Part shown: piece after piece, positions 20,133-27,581 of the stretch | How positions within the stretch are numbered: the first letter of the stretch is position 1 | How the letters are laid out: each line of letters begins with the position of its first letter | IMG/VR virus record: IMGVR_UViG_2681813305_000007 | From: a virus | Taxonomy: Duplodnaviria > Heunggongvirae > Uroviricota > Caudoviricetes | DNA length: 64,000 nt | Strand: one strand, 5' to 3' | The notes under the pieces: model-generated | Database searches by the model: none | The model's input: the letters and a program-made list of their open reading frames with translations, nothing else | Told to the model about the DNA's origin: nothing | Program-made: the position numbers and the translations under genes

Positions 20133-20554
20133 TTGACAACAGAACTGTCAGCGCCATTGACCTGGCGTTGCAAAAGCACCCAACGCCAGTTGGTGATCTG
20201 TTCGCCGCGATCCGCCACGGACGCATGAAGCGGTGCTTCAGCCGGGATACCGCAATTCGTTACCTGGCGTTCTTCATGACCTCCCGAGCTTTTGGGCGTT
20301 CTGGTTTCAAGCAGCGTTATCCGGACGTGCAGGTAATTCATCCACTGAATCCAGAACTGAGTAGCTGGCAACGTGGCGCCGTGACCACTGAGTATTTTAA
20401 CGCCCACCAGCGCACCGTTCGCCGGCTGCGTCGCATCCTCGCCCGCAAAAGAGAAATGCAAAAGTGGTGCAAAAAGTGGGATGCCATGCACGACCGCTAC
20501 GTGAAAGAGCGCGAAGAACTACAGGCCTGTAAGCCTGGAGGGCTGAGTCGATGA
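20129..20554 (+). CDS. Hypothetical basic protein, first gene of a four-gene coupled module
   Basis: 141 aa; its stop overlaps the next start (ATGA at 20551). Confidence 0.45.
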   Translation: MIDNRTVSAIDLALQKHPTPVGDLFAAIRHGRMKRCFSRDTAIRYLAFFMTSRAFGRSGFKQRYPDVQVIHPLNPELSSWQRGAVTTEYFNAHQRTVRRLRRILARKREMQKWCKKWDAMHDRYVKEREELQACKPGGLSR

Positions 20555-20745
20555 TTGCTTACTTACGCATTGTTCTATCGGTGGTGATTGTCGCCAGCGT
20601 TTATGGGCTGTTCGTTCCGATCCTCATTTCGATGAAGGACACGACAGCAGTTATATCCGGTTTTGCCCTGGCGATTCTGACCCCGCCGTGCATCTACGCC
20701 ATTTGTAAGGGTCTTGTGCTTACCGTAACGAAGGAAAAGAAATGA
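20551..20745 (+). CDS. Two-TM membrane miniprotein (64 aa)
   Basis: MIAYLRIVLSVVIVASVYGLFVPILI … ISGFALAILTPPCIYAICKGLVL gives two hydrophobic helices. It is coupled by ATGA at both ends. Confidence 0.45.
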   Translation: MIAYLRIVLSVVIVASVYGLFVPILISMKDTTAVISGFALAILTPPCIYAICKGLVLTVTKEKK

Positions 20746-21569
20746 AAAAAGCAATTATGGCTTCAATTATCGCACTCTCTGCCATCGGCCTTGTTGGTTG
20801 CGATCGAGTTGAGCCCGGCAACGTGGGTATCAAGGTGAATAAGTTGGGCGACGATAAAGGCGTTGGTGAAGTCGTCGGCGTCGGCCGCTACTGGACCGGC
20901 TGGAATACCGAGGTTTATATCTTTCCGACCTTCAAGCAGATGAAAACGTATGAAGACGCTTTCAACTTCCAGATGAGCGATGGAACCACCATCGGCTACC
21001 ACATCGGGGTCGCGTACAAGGTTGATCCGACCAAAGTTACAACCGTTTTCCAGACCTACCGTAAAGGCGTGGACGACATCACCGACACCGACCTGCGGCA
21101 GAAAATTGCTGACGCCCTTAATCGTCTCGCAAGTCGGATGAGCACCGATAAATTCATTGACGGCGGGAAAGCTGAGCTGCTTGAAAACGCACTGAAAGAG
21201 ATCCAGTCCGATATGGGGCCGGTTGGTATCCAGGTGATCAGCCTTTCTTACGTTGGCCGTCCGGAATACCCGCCGACAGTGATCGAAAGCATCAACGCCA
21301 AAGTTACGGCCAACCAGAAGACGCTGCAGCGCGAGCAGGAAGTTAAACAACGTGAAGCTGAAGCCAACATGTTACGAGCCGAAGCCGATGGCCAGGCGGA
21401 TGCAAAGCTGAAATTGGCTGAAGCAGAAGCAAAGTCTATCCAGATCCGTGGGCAGGCCTTGCGTGAGAACCCTGAGGTACTGCAACTGGAGGCCATCAAC
21501 AAATGGAATGGCACCCTGCCCCAGTACATGACCAGCGGAACAAACACCCCTTTTATCCAGGTTAAATGA
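20742..21569 (+). CDS. SPFH/band-7 (prohibitin/HflC-like) lipoprotein
   Basis: It has a lipobox signal (MKKAIMASIIALSAIGLVGC), an SPFH-type domain and a coiled-coil Ala/Glu-rich segment (QREAEANMLRAEADGQADAKLKLAEAEAK). Confidence 0.7.
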   Translation: MKKAIMASIIALSAIGLVGCDRVEPGNVGIKVNKLGDDKGVGEVVGVGRYWTGWNTEVYIFPTFKQMKTYEDAFNFQMSDGTTIGYHIGVAYKVDPTKVTTVFQTYRKGVDDITDTDLRQKIADALNRLASRMSTDKFIDGGKAELLENALKEIQSDMGPVGIQVISLSYVGRPEYPPTVIESINAKVTANQKTLQREQEVKQREAEANMLRAEADGQADAKLKLAEAEAKSIQIRGQALRENPEVLQLEAINKWNGTLPQYMTSGTNTPFIQVK

Positions 21570-22192
21570 TCCACCAGCCCGGCGACAAGCCGGGCACATA
21601 TGAGAGGTTCGCAATGCTTCAGAACATGCTTAACCCGGAACCAACCTCAACAGGGATCCGGTCTGGAAACCGGGTGATTGGCTACTCCGCTGCTATTCGC
21701 CTGCTGGATAACGGTCGCTATGACAAACACCTTGCCGATGGAATGGAAATTCTGGCCTGCATCATGGAAGCGGTAGAAAGCAACTGGATCACGCTCAATA
21801 TCGAAAAAGAGTTGATCCTCTGGCGCTGGTTACTGGCTGCCGTGTTCATCACTGAGGAGCTGGAGAAAAACGGAACTGTCGACGTTCCGAATGATACTGG
21901 CGGTGTTGATACTGCTGTTATCTATTCCAGCAAGCATGGCGCCATTAGCGTCTATCCGGGACCTGAACGCTTTGCACTCGCCAACCATATTGAGCTGGGG
22001 GCAATCGAGAAATATGGGCCAGAGGTTGGCCAGCAGCTGGCGCTGCGGATGTATCAGGACATGGTTATTGCTGACGAAGAATTTGGGTTCAGGTTATCAG
22101 CACTTGGCCGGGAGGGGCTTAACCTCCTCCATGACAGCTTTATCGAACACATCCAGATCGAAGGTGTGCCCGAAGCACCGATTATGCATTGA
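21566..22192 (+). CDS. Hypothetical protein, fourth gene of the coupled module
   Basis: 208 aa; the ATG at 21566 overlaps the SPFH gene's stop. Confidence 0.45.
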   Translation: MIHQPGDKPGTYERFAMLQNMLNPEPTSTGIRSGNRVIGYSAAIRLLDNGRYDKHLADGMEILACIMEAVESNWITLNIEKELILWRWLLAAVFITEELEKNGTVDVPNDTGGVDTAVIYSSKHGAISVYPGPERFALANHIELGAIEKYGPEVGQQLALRMYQDMVIADEEFGFRLSALGREGLNLLHDSFIEHIQIEGVPEAPIMH

Positions 22193-22203
22193 GGGGAATG
22201 ATG

Positions 22204-22908
22204 ATGAATAACTTGATCACTAACAAACCATCCATGACCAGCCTTGAGATCGCCGAGCTGGTAGAAAAACGCCACGACAACGTGAAACGCACGATTGAGA
22301 CCCTGATTATGCGTGGCGTTATTACTTCTCCTCAAATTGAGGAAAAGCCTACTGCCGGGCGCCCCACAACAATTTACGTTTTTGAAAGTGAAGAAGGGAA
22401 GCGTGACAGCATCATTGTGGTCGCGCAACTCAGCCCCGAGTTTACCGCCAGACTGGTAGATCGCTGGAAAGAGCTGGAAGAAGAACGCTCCCGGCCAAAA
22501 TCGCAGGCAGAGCTGATCGCTGAAATGGCCCTGCTGAATGTTGAGCAGGAACGACGCCTCTACCAGGTTGAAGAACAGGTGGAAACCGTAGTCGAAGCTG
22601 TCGAAAACATTAAGCGTGGAAATATGCGGGCCGGGTATGTCGGTTATCGCCAGGTGGTCGCAAAAAGCGGCATGACCGATGCCAAGTGTCGAAACCTTGT
22701 TAACGCATACCGTATCCCAACCGATACACACGAATTCATGACGCCTGATGGTTTACTGTCTCGCCGGGCGATCGTGGAGTTTGAACCTTTTATGAAAGCA
22801 TTCCGCCAAATGATGGCAGAAGCCGAACCACGTGGGACCCGTTGGTATCACCCGAAAATGGGACTCTTTCAGGCTATCGGATGGGAGGAAAAACATTGTG
22901 AAAATTGA
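22204..22908 (+). CDS. Rha-family phage regulatory protein
   Basis: N-terminal …LITNKPSMTSLEIAELVEKRHDNVKRTIETL matches the Rha/pRha domain; a GAGGGGA RBS lies 6 nt upstream. Confidence 0.6.
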   Translation: MNNLITNKPSMTSLEIAELVEKRHDNVKRTIETLIMRGVITSPQIEEKPTAGRPTTIYVFESEEGKRDSIIVVAQLSPEFTARLVDRWKELEEERSRPKSQAELIAEMALLNVEQERRLYQVEEQVETVVEAVENIKRGNMRAGYVGYRQVVAKSGMTDAKCRNLVNAYRIPTDTHEFMTPDGLLSRRAIVEFEPFMKAFRQMMAEAEPRGTRWYHPKMGLFQAIGWEEKHCEN

Positions 22909-23122
22909 GTTTAATGATCAAGGGTCGGTTTCAGTTATCACGGTCACCAGCACCGTGTTTGAGTTCCGCCGGCACAACCGGGCGATTGATGTCGCGTTGT
23001 TCCTCACGCCTGAAATTACCAGCCAGAGCAGCGGTTTTTTCATTATGAAAACGATCTTAAGCGGGAAGACACATCACGCGCTGCGGGCCTATAAACATCT
23101 GATCCGGGAGGCTAAGCAATGA
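22898..23122 (+). CDS. Hypothetical small protein (GTG start)
   Basis: GTG at 22898 with a GGAGGAA RBS 7 nt upstream; 74 aa. Confidence 0.35.
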   Translation: MKIEFNDQGSVSVITVTSTVFEFRRHNRAIDVALFLTPEITSQSSGFFIMKTILSGKTHHALRAYKHLIREAKQ

Positions 23123-23331
23123 GAAACGGCCAGCATTATGCATACCCAAATCCAAGCAACGCAACGCCTGGTGGTATGACTTATCGTCAGTATCTTATCG
23201 CAAAAATTGCACCAGTTATGATCACGAACTTCTTCAGCAACGATGCTTGGACGGATTACGACGACCTCGCCAGAACTCTGATGATGGCTGTGGATGCCAT
23301 CATCGAAGCTGAACAGGAGACAGCTGAATGA
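23119..23331 (+). CDS. Hypothetical small acidic protein
   Basis: 70 aa, coupled by ATGA overlap. Confidence 0.4.
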   Translation: MRNGQHYAYPNPSNATPGGMTYRQYLIAKIAPVMITNFFSNDAWTDYDDLARTLMMAVDAIIEAEQETAE

Positions 23332-23807
23332 CAATCTGCGAAAAACGGCTTAAAAGAATCGCCGGCGGTGAACCTTTCTTCCCGGGCGAGGTGGTTGCGA
23401 TGGCTCTTGAGCTTCTGGCGAATTCTAAAGAAACATTGCGGCCGGAATACCCTGAAACACTCCCCTGCCCGGTCATTCTTGAACCCGGCTTCCGGTTTGG
23501 CAAAGGCGTTGGCACTCACCTGGTTCTGCGAGCACTTAACAACAGGGCTAAACGTTACGCTGAATTGGATGCCATGGGTCCAGAGGCCCGCGCAGAGCAT
23601 GATGCCGCTATCGTTGAACTTCGGGAAAAACTGGGTTTTGGTACCCAAGCAAAAACAGCTGTGCAGGTGAAGCTTCCGGGACTGCCGCAGCTCGGATCTA
23701 ACGCCGAATGGTATCAGGGATTTGCTGCTGGTGCAGGAAGCATGCGCGAAGCATGTGCGGCCGCTCTGATTTCTGCGGGTATTGAAATTATTGGGGAGAC
23801 AATGTAA
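23328..23807 (+). CDS. Hypothetical early protein
   Basis: 159 aa, coupled by ATGA overlap. Confidence 0.45.
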   Translation: MTICEKRLKRIAGGEPFFPGEVVAMALELLANSKETLRPEYPETLPCPVILEPGFRFGKGVGTHLVLRALNNRAKRYAELDAMGPEARAEHDAAIVELREKLGFGTQAKTAVQVKLPGLPQLGSNAEWYQGFAAGAGSMREACAAALISAGIEIIGETM

Positions 23808-23875
23808 TGGACTGGCCAACAGCATTTTGCATCGTCGGTTGTGCGTTTGCCATAGCCTGGCTGTTTCGGAGTTAG
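23807..23875 (+). CDS. Possible 22-aa hydrophobic micropeptide (MDWPTAFCIVGCAFAIAWLFRS)
   Basis: TAATG overlap with the upstream stop; a single predicted TM helix. Speculative. Confidence 0.2.
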   Translation: MDWPTAFCIVGCAFAIAWLFRS

Positions 23876-23879
23876 TGTC

Positions 23880-24026
23880 ATGAATAGAGAATTTGAGATA
23901 TGGATCAGACTGCGCTACGGCGGCCGCTATGACCTAACGCGAGACGGTCACGGCTACTACAGCCGGGAAGTAGTTAAGCGGATGTATGAAGTGTGGTGCC
24001 ACTGCCGTGGCCTGGAAGTGGTGTGA
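23880..24026 (+). CDS. Possible 48-aa ORF (MNREFEIWIRLRYGG…CHCRGLEVV)
   Basis: Not in the track (shorter than 60 aa); it lies between the early genes and xis. Confidence 0.25.
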   Translation: MNREFEIWIRLRYGGRYDLTRDGHGYYSREVVKRMYEVWCHCRGLEVV

Positions 24027-24036
24027 GGTGAGTAAT

Positions 24037-24228
24037 ATGGTAGACATTGAAATGATTGACGAGGAAGAGGCGATGCGGATGATCCGAGTATCTTCACGCG
24101 TGACCATCCGGAAATACACCGAGCGCTATAATTTCCCCAAGCCGGTCCGGACCTACCCTAAACAGTATCTGCGCTCTGCTATTGTGGAGTGGATCTTAAA
24201 CGGGGGAGTCAACCAGAAATCTTCCTGA
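24037..24228 (+). CDS. xis: Excisionase / AlpA-family DNA-binding protein
   Basis: MVDIEMIDEEEAMRMIRVSSRVTIRKYTERYNFPKPV… is an AlpA/MerR-like HTH. It is convergent with int and overlaps it by 20 nt; a GGTGAG RBS is present. Confidence 0.6.
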   Translation: MVDIEMIDEEEAMRMIRVSSRVTIRKYTERYNFPKPVRTYPKQYLRSAIVEWILNGGVNQKSS

Positions 24229-25390
24229 TATGCCAGAATATCTTTTCAGCATACAGATCGTAGGCGTCTTTCTGTTCGGCAATCCAGTCATGCTTGTTAT
24301 AGACAGAAAGCACGCCACCAAGCTCATGCCCCAGCATTTTTTCGATGACGTGCGGGGCAACCCCCTCTTCGGATAGCCGGGTTGCCAAGGTGCGCCGGAA
24401 ATCATGTGAAGTAAACTCACCAAACCCCAACGAGTCTTTGATTCTTCTCAGAAATTTATTTGCACCAGAAATAGTTATAGGGCTTTTCAGGTCCTCGCCC
24501 GGGAAAAGTATATCCCCATACGTCATTTCAGCTTTTTTCAGCAAATCATCTGCCGCGGAGAAAATTGGGCGCCTGATAATTTTGTTGGTTTTGCTTTTCT
24601 CTGCCGGAACAACCCATAACCCCTCCTCTCGGTCAAATTCACCCCTTATAGCCAGCCGAAGTTCGCTATTCCTGGCGCCGTACAGCATTAGCAATTGATG
24701 AAGCAATCGGTTAGAAGTTGACCCTCGACTTCTTTCTATAGCCATCCAAATTTTGGCAAGCTGGTTATAGCTGAGTGTGGTCTCTCCAATCACAGGTTTA
24801 ACACCGATGTCTTTCGGCTGCAAAAGCATGAGCTCGGTTGTGCTAACGAACTGTCGCCGCGTACACCAACCAATGGCGGACCTGAGCTGTATCAATAAAT
24901 GCCGGGCTCGGCGAGGATTGATTTTCTCCTCTTCGGTAAACCTCTCAACCCACAAGCGGACTGGGATATCCTCAACCGGAATACCGGGAAAAGCGTCACG
25001 CATGTGCTTTATAACCGTTGACTTATAAAGCGCTATCGTCTTAGCCCTTAACGTTACGTCAACGTAATTTTCCTTCCAGTAATCCAGGCAATCCTTTACC
25101 GTTGGCTTACTCTTGGATTTGTTGCCACCAGCCAGCGTTCGGGGGTCAATGCCTTTGTCTGCCGACTCCCTCAGGTCTGCAACGATATTGCGGGCATCGC
25201 GCAGCGTCAGCGCTGGGTAGCGTCCAAGCCCCATTCGGTTCTGCTTTCCTTCCCATCGGAACCTAAACTGAAAGCTGATCACGCCTTTGGGGGTTATGCG
25301 AACTCCAAGCCCGTCAGAATCCGTAATTTCAGCAGGCCCAGAATATGGTTTACCATAGATAGAGCGAAGCTTTGTGTCACTGATTGCCAT
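24209..25390 (-). CDS. int: Tyrosine integrase (P4-type, DUF4102 N-terminal arm-binding domain)
   Basis: The C-terminal catalytic motifs are …HDFRRTLATRL… HVIEKMLGH… VYNKHDW (R, HxxR, Y). Confidence 0.9.
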   Translation of the reverse strand: MAISDTKLRSIYGKPYSGPAEITDSDGLGVRITPKGVISFQFRFRWEGKQNRMGLGRYPALTLRDARNIVADLRESADKGIDPRTLAGGNKSKSKPTVKDCLDYWKENYVDVTLRAKTIALYKSTVIKHMRDAFPGIPVEDIPVRLWVERFTEEEKINPRRARHLLIQLRSAIGWCTRRQFVSTTELMLLQPKDIGVKPVIGETTLSYNQLAKIWMAIERSRGSTSNRLLHQLLMLYGARNSELRLAIRGEFDREEGLWVVPAEKSKTNKIIRRPIFSAADDLLKKAEMTYGDILFPGEDLKSPITISGANKFLRRIKDSLGFGEFTSHDFRRTLATRLSEEGVAPHVIEKMLGHELGGVLSVYNKHDWIAEQKDAYDLYAEKIFWHIRKISG

Positions 25391-25700
25391 GTTAGTTTTC
25401 TGTACTCATCACTTTGGTATTTTATGTACTTATTCTGTACTCAATATCGCATGAACGAACATAAACAACAATATCAAATCATGTACAACCATGCGCAACA
25501 ATTGGCAGCACAACTAAAATAATAATAAAAAATCATATACATAAACATCTAACCGTATTCATTCTTGTCTGAACAATCTCAACCATGTGCAAAGCCCACA
25601 CCTTGCCGAAGATTACTTGAACAAAATTATAACTAACTGATTTAAAATAAAATTAATTAATAATTACCTAAAATATGTACTTAATTATGTACTCACAAAC
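25391..25700. repeat. Integrase arm-type repeat cluster (attP-like P and P' arms) in AT-rich DNA
   Basis: There are five copies of (T)ATGTACT(C/T)A / TCTGTACTCA: three at 25393-25445 next to int and two at 25674-25697. Confidence 0.45.
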
Positions 25701-25741
25701 CTAAACAATCCATTTGACTAGTAATCATCTCTCGCTGAATA

Positions 25742-25757
25742 CTGTATATTCAACCAG
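25742..25757 (+). promoter_or_regulatory. LexA (SOS) box upstream of dinI-like gene
   Basis: CTGTATATTCAACCAG fits the CTGT-N8-CCAG form of the E. coli dinI operator; it lies 17 nt upstream of the RBS. Confidence 0.55.
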
Positions 25758-25773
25758 CACAAAGGTGATTATC

Positions 25774-26022
25774 ATGCGTGTAGAAATCAGCATTGCCAAA
25801 GAGAAAGCCGCGAAAATGCCAAAGGGGTCAATGGAGGCCTTGAAAGACGAAATGACCCGTCGAATCAGCAAGCAATATGACGACGTTGAAGTGATCGTGA
25901 AAACGGCCAGTAATGATGGACTGAGCGTTTTGTGGGCGACTGATAAAGAAATCGCCAAAGAATTTGTAGAGACCACTCTAAAAGACGCTTGGGAGACGGC
26001 TGACGACTGGTTTGTGCGTTGA
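25774..26022 (+). CDS. dinI: DinI-family damage-inducible protein
   Basis: [31 protein letters not shown]… …[15 protein letters not shown] parallels E. coli DinI (MRIEVTIAK… WESADDWFV). An AAAGGTGA RBS is present. Confidence 0.75.
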   Translation: MRVEISIAKEKAAKMPKGSMEALKDEMTRRISKQYDDVEVIVKTASNDGLSVLWATDKEIAKEFVETTLKDAWETADDWFVR

Positions 26023-26244
26023 TCGGTCTATATAATCATTCGCGGTGATCTCCTGCCTGAGTCACTACCCCCACCAGGCAGCAGCATACATTAGCTGCCG
26101 GGTGGGCCTATGTGCAACACACTTTGAACTATTCACTAAATGAGCTGCCTGAATAATAACCACTATTAATAAGGCTCACTATGACTACTCTTCTGATCAC
26201 CTCAAGCGTTGTATTTGTCATCCTCGCACTATTTACCATAAGCG

Positions 26245-26529
26245 TCATAAAACTATGGATTGGAGTCTCCAACAACCCTGACTAGCACCATCAGAGCCCC
26301 TCCCCATCCCTGCCATCATCCACAGCCTGTTTTCGCTATGGTCAGGCGTCTTATCGACGAAATACGTTTGTTCCCGCGCGATCCAGGAGTTCGCCTCCAC
26401 CTCGGAGAAGTGGATGCCGCGCAGGCGCAGTGCGGTAACGAAGTCTCGGGTGTGAATGTACTGGAACCCCTTGGAACTGCGCAAAATGGACTCGCGGAAA
26501 GCCGCGGCGATGTCTGTCTGTCGAAGCAT
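26245..26529 (-). CDS. LexA-controlled small protein at the prophage end (candidate trans-acting antirepressor of the Gifsy/186-Tum type, or another SOS effector)
   Basis: 94-aa ORF with a GGAGGG RBS 9 nt from the ATG; a consensus LexA box lies immediately upstream, and the gene is convergent with dinI. Confidence 0.45.
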   Translation of the reverse strand: MLRQTDIAAAFRESILRSSKGFQYIHTRDFVTALRLRGIHFSEVEANSWIAREQTYFVDKTPDHSENRLWMMAGMGRGSDGASQGCWRLQSIVL

Positions 26530-26549
26530 GATCTGCCCTCCAATTAATG

Positions 26550-26565
26550 CTGTATTTATATACAG
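26550..26565 (-). promoter_or_regulatory. Consensus LexA box (CTGTATTTATATACAG)
   Basis: A perfect CTGT-N8-ACAG palindrome with an AT-rich spacer, 21 nt upstream of the 26529 start codon. Confidence 0.65.
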
Positions 26566-26633
26566 TAGTTTTGTTGGTGGGCAAGGTCAATACAAGATGT
26601 GGCTATTGGTTACTGTGACAGCGACATAAGTCT

Positions 26634-26843
26634 TTAAGGGGCCTCGTTTTCGCTTTGGGACCAACTCAGCGTATAGCCAGTGCTTACTGATATAACGGCT
26701 TGCGCATCATCATTACCGTTTACCAGTAAACTGATGATGTCATCACGCTCAAACTGGTTCAGTTCATCCCAGATAAATACTTCATGTGAGAATTCTACTT
26801 TTGCCCCTGAAACAGTCTCAATCTTAACTGCGATTGTTGTCAT
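26634..26843 (-). CDS. Hypothetical small protein, last gene of the prophage B tail operon
   Basis: 69 aa, with a 4-nt overlap to the upstream gene. Confidence 0.35.
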   Translation of the reverse strand: MTTIAVKIETVSGAKVEFSHEVFIWDELNQFERDDIISLLVNGNDDAQAVISVSTGYTLSWSQSENEAP

Positions 26844-27571
26844 ACCGTCTCCCCTCTTCCGGTCATGATACTAGTTCCCAGGGCTATGGCATTTGTGATA
26901 TCTCCTGCGGAGAACTCATTACCCCATGCACCAAAGAACCCAATGTCGCCTTTGAGCATCGAGGATCCTGCGGCACTTGCACCGAGCATGAGAGGACTGC
27001 CAGCAACGTTAGCCAGATAGCCCGTTGGGCTAGCAGCAATTGCGGTTCCATCAGACAAAGTTAATTTGTGATTGCGGTTAGGGGAAATGACACCACAGGC
27101 CACATACCATTTGTCAGCAACGATGGTTTGTCCGGTTGCGTAGTAAATACCCATTGAGCCATCAGGCCACGCAACACGCAGCTCCAGGCGCTGCCCGGTG
27201 GGGTTGTATGTGATGGCAAAGCCGTGACCGGAGCCGACGGTAAGATCTCGACAGTCCAGAACGTACTGGAATGTGTCGATGGCACTGAAACGGAAAGCCG
27301 TCAGGAAAGATAGTCCCGCAAGTCCAGCCTCCGTAAAGTCTGTTTGACTACCTGCAGTACCTTGAAACTGCAGTCCATATGGTTTCAGCTTCTGAACGCC
27401 CTGCTGCACGCTAAATCCGTGCCGCGAGTTATCGAGAGGCGTCAACAGGTCGTAAGCGACCTTCGGATTACTGATTGCCGATAGCGGAGAAGCTACAGGC
27501 TCAAAGTGCTGCTTGCTCCAGTCGGTGATGATACCGTCCGAGTTGAGCAGAATACGTGTTCCATTAGACAT
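26840..27571 (-). CDS. Tail fiber-associated protein / possible second receptor-binding protein
   Basis: 243 aa, Gly/Ser/Thr/Ala-rich, directly downstream of the tailspike. Confidence 0.45.
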   Translation of the reverse strand: MSNGTRILLNSDGIITDWSKQHFEPVASPLSAISNPKVAYDLLTPLDNSRHGFSVQQGVQKLKPYGLQFQGTAGSQTDFTEAGLAGLSFLTAFRFSAIDTFQYVLDCRDLTVGSGHGFAITYNPTGQRLELRVAWPDGSMGIYYATGQTIVADKWYVACGVISPNRNHKLTLSDGTAIAASPTGYLANVAGSPLMLGASAAGSSMLKGDIGFFGAWGNEFSAGDITNAIALGTSIMTGRGETV

Positions 27572-27581
27572 TTGTTACTCC

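Noticed and set aside
20763-21350. 195-aa minus-strand ORF
   Set aside because: Antisense within the SPFH lipoprotein gene, which has a clear signal peptide and start/stop coupling on the plus strand.
22054-22731. 225-aa minus-strand ORF
   Set aside because: Antisense to the Rha gene and the preceding coupled gene.
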